Shown here: positions 1 through 9,517 of the stretch, in pieces | Position numbering within the stretch: position 1 is the stretch's first letter | Layout of the letters: each line of letters begins with the position of its first letter | Virus record (IMG/VR): IMGVR_UViG_3300010396_000003 | Coordinates: 1 to 64,000 of that record | Length of the DNA stretch: 64,000 nt | Source: a virus | Lineage: Duplodnaviria > Heunggongvirae > Uroviricota > Caudoviricetes | Strand: one strand, 5' to 3' | The notes under the pieces: model-generated | The model's database searches: none | Told to the model about the DNA's origin: nothing | Seen by the model: the letters and a program-made list of their open reading frames with translations, nothing else | Made by a program: the position numbers and the translations under genes

Positions 1-49
1 CCGTTTAAATCTTTAAGAGCTCCGTCCAACGTCATTGACCAGATCGGTG

Positions 50-406
50 TCAAGAGCACCTTCGCTTTGTCGTAAACATTTTTGAGAATAGCTTTCTCGT
101 TGTCGCCCTGTAGAGCGATTGCCTGTTTCCGGTAAACCAATCAAGGTACGCTCGCGCTAAATCCCCGTCATTTGCGTAGTCACTTGGATTTGGTGCATTA
201 CGCAAAGCGTCTTCCAATGGATTTACGTTGTTAAATTTAATACCTTTCGCGCCACATTCTCCGCAAACTGGCTTCCAATCACGTACAAATGAATTCACGT
301 TGTCTTCGTTTTCATGCCCATTGGGGCATGTCCATTTCATGACCTGTGACATGTCTTTATCCTTTCGAAGCCTCCAATTGAAGGATTTATCCCTTTGGTG
401 CCGCAA
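50..406 (-). CDS. hypothetical Cys-rich protein (CxxGHx...CGECG zinc-ribbon-like)
   Basis: 118-aa ORF with paired Cys/His motifs (CPNGHEN...VCGECG). No family recognised. Confidence 0.35.
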   Translation of the reverse strand: MRHQRDKSFNWRLRKDKDMSQVMKWTCPNGHENEDNVNSFVRDWKPVCGECGAKGIKFNNVNPLEDALRNAPNPSDYANDGDLARAYLDWFTGNRQSLYRATTRKLFSKMFTTKRRCS

Positions 407-1058
407 GATAATTTTTCAAAGCAAGAATAAGTGACGCAACCTGCGCCTCAGAAAGATAAGCGCAATGGTAATCGAACTCGCTACCGATTTGAAGCAACAT
501 TACACCGTCGCCCAATGATTCATCTGCCGCGCTCACGTTTATGCGTGTGGCTTCGGTCGTAGCGACCGAGGCAAAGAAGTCTTGTCGTGTTATTTTTGCA
601 TAGCCAATCTGTTTCGCAGCCAGTCTGGCCGCTCTATTAAACTGCGCCGTTGTACATTTCGAGAAGTCGAGACCGTTTAATGACATGCGTTCTTGAATGG
701 TTTCGGCGGCAGAAATATCGACATTAAGCAATTCTGAAATTTGTTCCGTGGCGCGATTCACGCTACCCTCCGCAAGCAATTTGTGGCACAAGTTACCGAT
801 CGTTGTCTCAAACCGCTGATGTTTGCAGCGATTGGCGCGTTGTGATTGACGTACAATGTTTTTATTCTCCACTTCCTCGGCGCGCTCCAAATGACGAAGG
901 ATGCGGTTGGCACCATTCTTGGCAGTCATTGGTTGCGCACCGGATAGCTTCATCGCTAATTCAAATCCAGCATTTAAGCGACCATCAGAGATGGAGTTTC
1001 CGTCAAGATCCATCGAGTTAAAAGTATCCGCAAGAACTTTGTGATGAATATTAAACAT
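387..1058 (-). CDS. hypothetical protein
   Basis: 223-aa ORF on the same strand as its neighbours; no recognisable motif. Confidence 0.35.
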   Translation of the reverse strand: MFNIHHKVLADTFNSMDLDGNSISDGRLNAGFELAMKLSGAQPMTAKNGANRILRHLERAEEVENKNIVRQSQRANRCKHQRFETTIGNLCHKLLAEGSVNRATEQISELLNVDISAAETIQERMSLNGLDFSKCTTAQFNRAARLAAKQIGYAKITRQDFFASVATTEATRINVSAADESLGDGVMLLQIGSEFDYHCAYLSEAQVASLILALKNYLAAPKG

Positions 1059-1197
1059 TTATTCCGCCTCCCTAATGTCTACTGCACCGAGAGGAATGTT
1101 ATTGTCGTCGCACCAACGAACAGCAAGATCAAACCCATCAAAGATCAGTGGTGCGGAAATATTGTTTCCATCTATATCAAAGACGGCATAAAACATA

Positions 1198-1695
1198 TTA
1201 ATCACGCGCCCTCCCTTCTAAAATCTTTACCGGATTGCTGTCCGGTCGAGCATGACCGCGCATCACGCGAACCCATGCTGCATTGATTTCTTGGCGGTGA
1301 CGCCAGGGAGATTGAAGGAAACCGGTCGCCACGGATAGCATGACCTGTTTGCGATTGCCGAGTACTCCATATCGCCGGCGCCATTCTTCGATTTGCGAGT
1401 CGCCAAGGATGCCTACCACATTCGCTGCTTTTGCTAAATGCTCTGCGAGTCGAATACCAGCATAAATCGCCAGCCGTGTCGCTGCATCCATCTCAGCACG
1501 CGGCAACATATCACGGAATTGCGCAGGTGTAGCATCCTGCTGTTCGAAGGACCAATGGTCATCGCGCTTAGGAATAAAGACGGGAACATGATCGGTTTGC
1601 CGACTATAAATCGAGCGTGATTTCGAAGACCGCGGAGATGCGGTACCGCGCGCACGGCGTGTTTCCCATGCTTTCAAGGCAGCGGCAGATGACAT
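1198..1695 (-). CDS. hypothetical protein
   Basis: 165-aa ORF sitting between other minus-strand genes. Confidence 0.3.
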   Translation of the reverse strand: MSSAAALKAWETRRARGTASPRSSKSRSIYSRQTDHVPVFIPKRDDHWSFEQQDATPAQFRDMLPRAEMDAATRLAIYAGIRLAEHLAKAANVVGILGDSQIEEWRRRYGVLGNRKQVMLSVATGFLQSPWRHRQEINAAWVRVMRGHARPDSNPVKILEGRARD

Positions 1696-1697
1696 CG

Positions 1698-2024
1698 TTA
1701 GGCTACTCGCTTTCTGGCGGACCCGCGATGCCTGCCATCCATTTCCGCCCGGAATTTTGCGAAGACCAGTTTTGCGTGGTGTGACTTGTGGCAGGTTTCA
1801 TGAGCCAACGTGCGGTTCACCGGACGATTGTCCGAGTGATTGTTGTTTTTGTGATGGATGGTGATATCCACCGGAATCGGCGGACAGGTTGCGTTACCAA
1901 AATCAACCTTTGCGTCGTAGAGCAAAGGCTTACCACAGAAAAAGCACTTTTCACTCTCAAGGAAATGCCAAAGCAGCTCTCTACTCTTGCCCAGTTCACG
2001 GCGAATTGCTTTCGACATCGCCAT
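1698..2024 (-). CDS. HNH endonuclease
   Basis: Cys pair CFFCG followed by ITIHHKNNNHSDNRPVNRTLAHETCHKSHH, a classic HNH His/Asn/His arrangement with the zinc Cys pairs. Confidence 0.6.
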   Translation of the reverse strand: MAMSKAIRRELGKSRELLWHFLESEKCFFCGKPLLYDAKVDFGNATCPPIPVDITIHHKNNNHSDNRPVNRTLAHETCHKSHHAKLVFAKFRAEMDGRHRGSARKRVA

Positions 2025-2207
2025 ATCGAACCATCTCCTCTCTAAACGGTCTAAGTAACTGCTTACTTTTTTACGGTCTTACGTATTATAAACTTACTGT
2101 TTAACTTTTTCAAGGTCTAAGTAAGGCGAAGGTAAGGCGAAGTTCTGTATTGAAACTACGTATGTAATGGAATAACTTGTCTAGTTACGTCTAATTGCGG
2201 ACAACCG

Positions 2208-2915
2208 TCAGGAAGGAACACCCTCTAATATTTTAGTTTGTGCCGTGAGAGCCGCTTCCTTTTCTTTCTTCCAGAATTCTACGATTGCAGGAACTGCCTC
2301 GGGACGGGTAAAGCCGGGGTGCGGCCAAAACTCTACTTCGGTATTCATTACCAAGATGCGGAAGTCGTTCGCAAAAAGTTCGGAAATTGAAGCATGCCAG
2401 GTTCCGGGACCATAATACTTTGGAGGATTGAATCCGCGAAGCTTGCAGTAATCGCCATATACTGTTTTCTCTGCTTCTTCGTTTCCATCCTTTTCTTTGC
2501 GGACGGATTTTGCGATGTATTGTTTAACTACATGTCCATATTCATGAGCAACTAAATAGCGGGTCATTGCCGGATGTGGCGGGATTCGTTTCCCTTGCAA
2601 GACGATATAGGGCATCCATGGATATTCCCGGTCTTTCGATTCAACTTTATAGTTATATTCGAATCCAGTGTGACCATTCGTGCGAGACTCATTTTCTCTA
2701 TGCAACACACAGATGGTTACGTCTCTATCGATTGGAAATGTAGCAACACATCGGTCAGATTCTACCCGGACAACGTCCAGGTTATGTGCATAGCACGGAG
2801 TGGGATCAACAACTTCGCTATGTCCGTAGCTTCCTACTGGCAATCTGAAATAGGGTTTACCGTCGAACGGCCAAATCAAATCTTCGGAGCAATGTTCGGT
2901 TATCTTAATCTTCAT
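2208..2915 (-). CDS. putative zinc metallopeptidase (HExxH)
   Basis: VAHEYGHVV HExxH motif in a 235-aa protein. Family (ImmA/SprT-like or other) not resolvable by eye. Confidence 0.45.
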   Translation of the reverse strand: MKIKITEHCSEDLIWPFDGKPYFRLPVGSYGHSEVVDPTPCYAHNLDVVRVESDRCVATFPIDRDVTICVLHRENESRTNGHTGFEYNYKVESKDREYPWMPYIVLQGKRIPPHPAMTRYLVAHEYGHVVKQYIAKSVRKEKDGNEEAEKTVYGDYCKLRGFNPPKYYGPGTWHASISELFANDFRILVMNTEVEFWPHPGFTRPEAVPAIVEFWKKEKEAALTAQTKILEGVPS

Positions 2916-3502
2916 TATTCATTTCTCGCGGATTGTACTGATATTTCTGCTTCAGATTCGAGGGCGGCAACGTGTTCCTGCACCTGGTCGAAACGATTAA
3001 ATGGAATTCCAATAAGGATCCAGATTTTTTTTGGTGGCGGCATTGTATCAATCGTATCCATTCGTTTGTCGCTAGTAGGATCGGCTAACAGTTCCGCGAG
3101 CTCGTCTGGATTCCAGAACTCCGTTAGATCAAGTTCAGAATCTTTAAGAGATTCAACATCCCAGGTTAGATCAACCTCGTTTGTCCTATTGTCGGCTATC
3201 GCCAGTCTCTTTGCGCGCTTGTCATTTGCATTTAAATCTGTGCGCTTTACGGCAACAAGCTCATCACCCTGTGTTTCGACAACAATAACTTTTTTATATC
3301 CCTGCGATTTTGCTGCATCGAGAGTCTTGTTTCCGCCGAGCGCCACCTGATTCTGATCAACAACAATCGATCTGCCGGCACCAAGCTCTCGAATCGACTT
3401 TTCGAGCATGGTTCGGCCGCGCTTATTACCCTTATTGGTATTCTTCTGGTCAGGCTTTATGTCACCGATCGGAATAACGGTCACTTTTGGCGTGTCGCTC
3501 AT
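2915..3502 (-). CDS. ParB-like nuclease domain protein
   Basis: N-terminal IPIGDIKPD...EKSIRELGAGRSIVVD...ALGGNKTLDAA resembles the ParB/Srx N-terminal domain. ATGA overlap with the upstream gene. Confidence 0.45.
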   Translation of the reverse strand: MSDTPKVTVIPIGDIKPDQKNTNKGNKRGRTMLEKSIRELGAGRSIVVDQNQVALGGNKTLDAAKSQGYKKVIVVETQGDELVAVKRTDLNANDKRAKRLAIADNRTNEVDLTWDVESLKDSELDLTEFWNPDELAELLADPTSDKRMDTIDTMPPPKKIWILIGIPFNRFDQVQEHVAALESEAEISVQSARNE

Positions 3503-3504
3503 TT

Positions 3505-3759
3505 TTACCTCGGCGCTCGATCAATACTTGAATCTTCTTCTCGCCGTTGTTTTGCTGTAGCGGTTCGGTAATCTTCACGGACGCATCGAATCGTTTTTGC
3601 GGATACACCAAATCGTTTGGCTACAACCGCGGTAGAAAGACCATCAACAAGAAGAAGTTTGATAATTTTTTCTCGGTCAATAGCGTCTAACCGAAAATTG
3701 GGGAGTTTGCGCCAGTCTTTATTCCAAGATTCCTTCTCTTGGACCGTTGCTTTAGTCAT
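3505..3759 (-). CDS. small HTH DNA-binding protein (terminase-small/resolvase-type HTH)
   Basis: 84 aa; LSTAVVAKRFGVSAKTIRCV is a helix-turn-helix. Confidence 0.4.
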   Translation of the reverse strand: MTKATVQEKESWNKDWRKLPNFRLDAIDREKIIKLLLVDGLSTAVVAKRFGVSAKTIRCVREDYRTATAKQRREEDSSIDRAPR

Positions 3760-3910
3760 GTCATAAAAAGGTATGGGGAAGTTTTTGAATTGTCAACAGA
3801 TAACTATTTCTGCCTTAAAGGTTTAACCTTGCGCTCATAATGGCTCGGTTTTGTTATAAATATTCTGCCGGTGAGACCAAACTGTTCGGAGATATTTCAA
3901 GGTGGGTATT

Positions 3911-4243
3911 TTATTCGTTACTTATAGAAACCAATATATCCCCGTGACAGGATTGATGTGGAAAACACCAACATCCCAATACTTTACCGCGGAGCTCTTT
4001 CTTGGCGTCGGCTCTAAATTTTCCCTGTTCTGGGCGCATAATCCACTCACGATATTTCTCAATTACTTGTTCTCGCGTGCCATCTGTTCCAATCTTAAAT
4101 TGATTACCCCACTTCGAGGGACGACCGATATAGATATCAAACTTCTCTTGCTTGCAATGAACAACCCGCGGAGCGCCAATGCGGCGCAATTCCGCTTTCT
4201 GTAAGAGGCGTTTCTCACGTTCATCCACAAATAGGGTTGTCAT
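3911..4243 (-). CDS. DUF4326 family protein
   Basis: GNQF...VLGCWCFPHQSCHGDILV matches the DUF4326 signature (CWC.P..CH.D.L). Paralog at 54282-54602. Confidence 0.55.
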   Translation of the reverse strand: MTTLFVDEREKRLLQKAELRRIGAPRVVHCKQEKFDIYIGRPSKWGNQFKIGTDGTREQVIEKYREWIMRPEQGKFRADAKKELRGKVLGCWCFPHQSCHGDILVSISNE

Positions 4244-4418
4244 GTCGATTTCCTGTGAGCATGTTCTTTTGCCGCTTGAGCTAATCGCTCAGGATCGAAA
4301 TCGAATCCTGTGACCACTACAGACGTTTGTGTGGCAAACATCACAGATGACCTCAATCCATACGCGACCAGTAACCATACCGGCTCCGTCACTTTGACAC
4401 CATAGGCGTAGGTTCGTA

Positions 4419-4952
4419 TTAATCATCGCCCTCCTCCCAGATAATATCTTCCTCGCAGATGCCGAGGCGATAATTAAATTTGCGCCACCAGCAAAACTTC
4501 CCATCCGGCCAGAAACCCCAATGTCGCCGGCGCGGCCCTTTTAGGATTAAGTTCCAGCTTGGCTTTTTCAGATCACGGATAATAACGCGATGGCGCCACT
4601 CTGCGGGCCGGAGCAGGATCGAGCCTGGCTTATGTTGGAGGATGCCAACATCGGTTTGTTCATCATAGCCACCTTTTAGGATTATGCTAACAAAATCCCA
4701 TGGGTGACAATGAAGGGCCAAATCATAATCGCTGCGGCAGAATTTATGTAGATAGACTCCACCGATTGGCGTAGAGAAAATAATATACCGGATAAGTAAG
4801 GGATCGCTATCGGGACCGACAATGCGCTTATGCAGGAATTTGAATCGACCGATTTTCATCGCGCTCTCTAATAATTTTTGCGTATTGCTCTGGCACTTCC
4901 CATGAAAATATTCCCTGCCTTCCACGAAGTGGAATCGGCTCAGATAATTCAA
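4419..4952 (-). CDS. hypothetical protein (possible cupin-like HxH protein)
   Basis: 177-aa ORF containing LHCHPWDF. Start probably at a later Met because it overlaps the upstream gene by about 125 nt. Confidence 0.3.
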   Translation of the reverse strand: MNYLSRFHFVEGREYFHGKCQSNTQKLLESAMKIGRFKFLHKRIVGPDSDPLLIRYIIFSTPIGGVYLHKFCRSDYDLALHCHPWDFVSIILKGGYDEQTDVGILQHKPGSILLRPAEWRHRVIIRDLKKPSWNLILKGPRRRHWGFWPDGKFCWWRKFNYRLGICEEDIIWEEGDD

Positions 4953-5286
4953 TTAAATTATCAGGATCGGTCAGCCAAGCATAACGTCCATCAGCATAGT
5001 TCCCCCAATGTTCTTCCCGCTCAGAAATCGAGCTCCGCACTTCCTCGGTTCGTCTACAACTAATTAATTTAGAGATACAAACGACCGCACCATACGGCAT
5101 TGGGCGCGGAAGCCAAATATCTGAATCGATTACCGCCGCATCTTCTCGCGTAATCCGGCGCTTTGCTGCATGAATAGCGATATAACCACGAACCATCGTG
5201 GACCAATGACGTGTTTCGTTCACTTTAATCTTGAGGGACATTGCGGTTGCCCATGGCTGCCACAATGAAATACACGGTATCTTCAA
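4828..5286 (-). CDS. ASCH/PUA-like domain protein
   Basis: N-terminal ISLWQPWATAM...GYIAIHAAK resembles ASCH domain proteins. Confidence 0.4.
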   Translation of the reverse strand: MKIPCISLWQPWATAMSLKIKVNETRHWSTMVRGYIAIHAAKRRITREDAAVIDSDIWLPRPMPYGAVVCISKLISCRRTEEVRSSISEREEHWGNYADGRYAWLTDPDNLIELSEPIPLRGRQGIFSWEVPEQYAKIIRERDENRSIQIPA

Positions 5287-5708
5287 AATGGCTCGCTATC
5301 TTCCGCGATGAAAACTCGGATATCCACGCCTGGATTCTTCCGGTATCTCTTTGTAATCGTTGCAACTGCAATCTGCGCATCGTCTCTATAGCAAATTCCA
5401 GTTAAGGCGTCGCCGATCGACCTAACCAGTTTGTCGTAATCAGGCTTTGTGTCTTTATATGGATTAGTTTTCCGATTACTCTTGGGGCGCTGAAAATAAA
5501 AATCGCATTCAAGGATTACAGGGCCGGAATCAACCATTTCAGCTCCAGCTTTTTGCATGGCTTCTTGCGCCATCCAAGCGACTTCTTGCCGCCACGGCTT
5601 TAATCTATTACTGACGTCAAGCATGATTGGCTTTCCGGTTCTATAGTTGAGCATTACTTTTTTCGATCCCTGCGGAACTGGAATCCCAAGAACAGAAAAT
5701 GCAATCAT
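5283..5708 (-). CDS. rusA: RusA-family Holliday junction resolvase
   Basis: LGIPVPQGSKK N-terminal motif and PDYDKLVRSIGDALTGICYRDDAQI catalytic region typical of RusA; 141 aa. Confidence 0.8.
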   Translation of the reverse strand: MIAFSVLGIPVPQGSKKVMLNYRTGKPIMLDVSNRLKPWRQEVAWMAQEAMQKAGAEMVDSGPVILECDFYFQRPKSNRKTNPYKDTKPDYDKLVRSIGDALTGICYRDDAQIAVATITKRYRKNPGVDIRVFIAEDSEPF

Positions 5709-6028
5709 TGCAATATGCCGATACTGCGCGAGTACTCCATGTATTTAAGAACTCTTTCCTTCTTTATGTTAATGCGCCTGTGAATGTCGTCATCATCATC
5801 CATGAAATGATGAATTTCGTTGAGCATCGACATGATGCCGAGAACGTCGCAGAACTCACCATATAAACGCTGGAGATTGTCGAGTGGCTGCGCCTGCTGC
5901 TTTAAATCCGCTTCTCTTGCCGCGTCTTGTATTTCACGCGGACCAAAGATCTGCGCCTTGATAGCGCGTTGCCCAAGCTCACAACATTCCTCTACTAGCT
6001 TGGAAAAAAGATATTCATCTGTTTTCAT
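5705..6028 (-). CDS. MazG-like nucleotide pyrophosphohydrolase domain protein
   Basis: LVEECCELGQRAIKA resembles the MazG EExGE helix. 107 aa. Confidence 0.35.
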   Translation of the reverse strand: MKTDEYLFSKLVEECCELGQRAIKAQIFGPREIQDAAREADLKQQAQPLDNLQRLYGEFCDVLGIMSMLNEIHHFMDDDDDIHRRINIKKERVLKYMEYSRSIGILQ

Positions 6029-6427
6029 TTAGTTCTTCTTTCGCGGATCGAAACCAGGCGGCATCGTGTTTCTAATAACCATGGGCGACAGCGCAACGGG
6101 AACCAAACGTCGACATTCTGTGCAAAAAAACGCAAATGCCGTTCGGCCGTCAGGAAACTTTATTTCCTCAAAAAATACGTCAACCGGGTCGGCGCTGCAA
6201 TCCTGATGTGGACAACGCGCTTTTGGTTGTGGTTTTGGGTTCTGTGAGTGCGGAATAACCTCATCGTCCGGAGTTGTTACTACCGCCCCGGACGGAAACG
6301 GAACCACATTCTCGGCCGGTGTTTCGGCATGAAACGGGTCATTACATTCCTGCATCTTACCTTCTGTATCTATTAATTTCGGCAATCCCCTCATGCCAGC
6401 ACACTGAGGACAGCGAGTCTCTGTCAT
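6029..6427 (-). CDS. hypothetical Cys-rich protein
   Basis: 132 aa with CPQC...CPHQDC...CTEC motifs. Confidence 0.35.
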   Translation of the reverse strand: MTETRCPQCAGMRGLPKLIDTEGKMQECNDPFHAETPAENVVPFPSGAVVTTPDDEVIPHSQNPKPQPKARCPHQDCSADPVDVFFEEIKFPDGRTAFAFFCTECRRLVPVALSPMVIRNTMPPGFDPRKKN

Positions 6428-6435
6428 TCGATCTC

Positions 6436-8226
6436 CTAAAATAGCGTATCGGAAAGTTTAATTTGACCTTGCCCTACAACTTCTACCACCTTACGCGCGA
6501 CCAAACGGCTTATATATGCGTCACGCGAAGAACGTTTGTATCCGGTTTCTTCATCCAAACCTTCGCGGTCGACCGGAGAATTGCCGTATCGAAGCAAACA
6601 TTCTAATATTTTCTTTTCACCAAGTGGCAGTTTTCTTAGCCAATAATCACGCAGGTCTTCACCTGATGGTAGTGGTTCGTAGTCAGAACCGAGGGCGTCA
6701 ACGCCTTCCTGGGTTGGCAGGATAAGTGAACCATTTAAGCGTACATAGGATTTTGTAATCAAACGGCTCACATAAGCATCCCGACTGGAACGTTTATAAC
6801 CGGTAAGCACCGAAAGCTGATCGCGATCCACACCGTCCGGATATTGGGCAGCGGCTATTAGAATGGCTCGCTCACCGACCGGAATATCGCCATTACCATT
6901 AGACGTGGATGGCCGTAAGGCTATATGCGGTCGCTTTGGCTCTGGCGTGACCGTAAAAGGCTCATTTCGCCTTACTTCGACGTTTACCTCCATATCCGAC
7001 AGAAGTGGCTTTATTTTGGCTATTAGGCGGTCTGCCTCGCGTTTAAAGCGTTCCAACTCCTCAGATCGCTTCCGAAAGCTGTTTTCAGCCATTATCGATA
7101 TCCTTTTGGCTGTTTCTTCCAGGGCGCGCTTGATTTCGTCGGGTTGAATCGGCGAGTTATCGAAACCAACGGCATTGATCTTAACAAGGACTTTCACAAC
7201 ATCCTCCAGTAATTTTTCAAAGCTGGAGATTTGTTTTTTGAGTTTTAGGGTATCGCCAGAAGACGTAGCCGCTACGGGTATGTGGCGAATCTGTTGTTTA
7301 AGATCCGCAATTTCACGGCGCAATTCCTTTTCTGTTCTCGCCTTTTCCTCTGCTGTTTTTGGAAGGTCTGCCAATTTCGGCAAAAGAGCCTTAATCTCGT
7401 CCGGCGCCGGCGGAGGCTCAATCGCATATTTCATGGCTTCCTGTCCGTGCGGCGTTGTGATCTCGCCAATTTTTACCAGAATACGCTCGCGCGATATCGC
7501 GCGCCCGAGAGCAAAGAAGTTTCCAGGATCGAGCAACTGGATCTCTTTGTAAAATTCAGCCATTTCATCCTTAGGAACACTCAACTCATCTGCCGCGCGT
7601 TTCCGGTTAATCGTCTCAAATGTGGGACCGATAAGACGATTTAAGAGCATGCTGCTGGCATCTTTACTGAGTGACGCTAAGCGTTGCGTGGCAAAACAGG
7701 GAACGAGCATGCGCTTGCGGCCGCGCGTACAAAGCGCAGTCATGGAATCGATGGCTATCGAATCGCCCTTACCTTTTTCGGGGCAAAACATATGTGCTTC
7801 GTCTACGATAACTAAACACGGCTTCCAGAGACTTTTGGGCGTTTCAACTAATCCCTCGAGAAACAACTTCACCCATTCATGGCGCAGGGATGGTTTAAGT
7901 TCCGAGATATCGCAGATACAAGACGCATGGAGTTCACGCAGGCGCAGTGCGAGCAATGCAGCGGACCGCGGATGGATTTCTGTCTCGCCACCTTTGCCTG
8001 CGGTAGCAAGAACAAAGTCAAACTTCTCCCGCATCGGGGCGAATTCACCCTCAGGATCAATCACGATAATGCGGATTTTATCGAACGCCTGTTCGATGAT
8101 CCGTTTAAGCAAAACCGTCTTACCGCCGCCAGAATCTGCTGTAACCAACAAGCGCGTGGCGAGCAACGTTGTAATGTCGATCGCCACGTTCTTGTGGTTG
8201 TGCTTACCTATAACAATTTGACTCAT
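6436..8226 (-). CDS. HerA/FtsK-like P-loop ATPase with C-terminal tandem winged-helix repeats
   Basis: Walker A TADSGGGKTVLLKR and Walker B LVIVDEAHMF with the IIVIDPEGEF motif of DUF87/HerA-like ATPases. Central coiled coil. Two C-terminal about 65-aa repeats, each TGYKRSSRDAY(V/I)SRL, with a matching intragenic DNA repeat. Confidence 0.55.
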   Translation of the reverse strand: MSQIVIGKHNHKNVAIDITTLLATRLLVTADSGGGKTVLLKRIIEQAFDKIRIIVIDPEGEFAPMREKFDFVLATAGKGGETEIHPRSAALLALRLRELHASCICDISELKPSLRHEWVKLFLEGLVETPKSLWKPCLVIVDEAHMFCPEKGKGDSIAIDSMTALCTRGRKRMLVPCFATQRLASLSKDASSMLLNRLIGPTFETINRKRAADELSVPKDEMAEFYKEIQLLDPGNFFALGRAISRERILVKIGEITTPHGQEAMKYAIEPPPAPDEIKALLPKLADLPKTAEEKARTEKELRREIADLKQQIRHIPVAATSSGDTLKLKKQISSFEKLLEDVVKVLVKINAVGFDNSPIQPDEIKRALEETAKRISIMAENSFRKRSEELERFKREADRLIAKIKPLLSDMEVNVEVRRNEPFTVTPEPKRPHIALRPSTSNGNGDIPVGERAILIAAAQYPDGVDRDQLSVLTGYKRSSRDAYVSRLITKSYVRLNGSLILPTQEGVDALGSDYEPLPSGEDLRDYWLRKLPLGEKKILECLLRYGNSPVDREGLDEETGYKRSSRDAYISRLVARKVVEVVGQGQIKLSDTLF

Positions 8227-8231
8227 GTGAG

Positions 8232-9110
8232 TTAGCTAATAATGTTGACATCCACCCGATCGGAAAGCCACGCCTTGATGGCAGCGGCAGCGCCAATCTT
8301 CCAGCGCCCACCATCACCTTCAAAAAGCGCGAGTTGAATATTGTTATTAGGTGTCGTTTTGGCGCGAAAAACAAAGTCAGAAACAGGCTGATCGATTTCC
8401 GCGAATGTGCGATATGGGGCTAGGCTGACCATCGGCTTAAGGATCGTTTCTTCCTTAAGTGAAATACCCTTGGTTACAGCTACGCGTTGCGTAAAACCAT
8501 CGTCTTCATGCTTAGTGACAGCTTCCGCGCTGATCTTTGACGCAATCTGGAGAACATAATCCAAGTCACGTTTAAACGATCCGTCATCGTTCTCGATCTT
8601 AACGCGTTGGAAACCCTGTTGTGCGGCAATGATAAAACTTTCCGGATCCATCCATGTTCCGAAATTGAATGACCTGCACTCAGGATATTTGGCGCGAATA
8701 AGCACGCGGCGGCGTGCGAATTCGTCCGTCATGATATTAATAAACGCAACTTCGAATGGATTGACAATTTGAACCACAAAAGATTCGCTTTCTTCATTAA
8801 GGGAATCTGCGCTGGCTTCAAAAAAGTCAACCAATCCTTGTAACGTTGAGCAAGTCACTTCTGACGGCGAAGGATTCTTGATTAAATGCAATTCGCGGTC
8901 AAAGTAGGTCAAACCGTCGATCTCGAATTGATTTGGCTTTGTCTGACCCTGAATGTACTTCAGAAATTCCGTAAGCATCGTTTCCTCACTGAGTTTGTTG
9001 GGATATGGACTTCTCTGATCCAAATAGGTTTTCTTGGCGCGGATCGTGCGCAAAGGCTTTAATAACCGCCCCCTGACGCGACAGATACATACTGCCGGCG
9101 ACCGGTTCAA
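8232..9110 (-). CDS. hypothetical protein
   Basis: 292-aa ORF. True start likely Met45 (about 8978), giving a 4-8 nt overlap with the upstream ORF instead of 125 nt. Confidence 0.4.
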   Translation of the reverse strand: MNRSPAVCICRVRGRLLKPLRTIRAKKTYLDQRSPYPNKLSEETMLTEFLKYIQGQTKPNQFEIDGLTYFDRELHLIKNPSPSEVTCSTLQGLVDFFEASADSLNEESESFVVQIVNPFEVAFINIMTDEFARRRVLIRAKYPECRSFNFGTWMDPESFIIAAQQGFQRVKIENDDGSFKRDLDYVLQIASKISAEAVTKHEDDGFTQRVAVTKGISLKEETILKPMVSLAPYRTFAEIDQPVSDFVFRAKTTPNNNIQLALFEGDGGRWKIGAAAAIKAWLSDRVDVNIIS

Positions 9111-9342
9111 TGGATGGAATCTTTGATTTTGTGGTTAGCGTGATAATGGCACCGGACCGATCAGGAAACGGATTGAACTCAAATTCAAGGGTCAGTGTCC
9201 GCTTCTTTTCTGCATCCGTATTGGGATCATTAATGCTCTTTAAAACCTGCAGAAGTTCGTGCTGAAAACGTTCTTCAACCGAACCGCCACAGATATTATT
9301 GAGACTAAGTGTTTCCTTGTAATCCAGACTTACTTCGCCCAT
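8986..9342 (-). CDS. hypothetical protein
   Basis: 118-aa ORF continuing the minus-strand operon. Confidence 0.35.
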   Translation of the reverse strand: MGEVSLDYKETLSLNNICGGSVEERFQHELLQVLKSINDPNTDAEKKRTLTLEFEFNPFPDRSGAIITLTTKSKIPSIEPVAGSMYLSRQGAVIKAFAHDPRQENLFGSEKSISQQTQ

Positions 9343-9517
9343 CTTTTCCCTCCTCGTTTTTACAATTTTTACATTCCAGATTTTCGTTGATAAAAGGAGT
9401 TGTGCTCACGCTGAAACCCATTACAGCACCCAAGTTGACTAACTGCTTAGCGTGTTTAACACAAGCTATCGTGTCGTTCCCTGGCCAGTGGACTACGTAC
9501 ATCGTTTCGCCGCTCAT
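9305..9517 (-). CDS. hypothetical small protein
   Basis: 70-aa ORF with CKNCKNEEG. Confidence 0.25.
   Translation of the reverse strand: MSGETMYVVHWPGNDTIACVKHAKQLVNLGAVMGFSVSTTPFINENLECKNCKNEEGKDGRSKSGLQGNT

Noticed and set aside
6436-8226. Large terminase subunit
   Set aside because: The ATPase motifs fit HerA/FtsK/DUF87 rather than the terminase ATPase, and the C-terminus is coiled coil plus wHTH repeats rather than an RNaseH-like nuclease. It also lies in the early (recombination) module far from the head genes.
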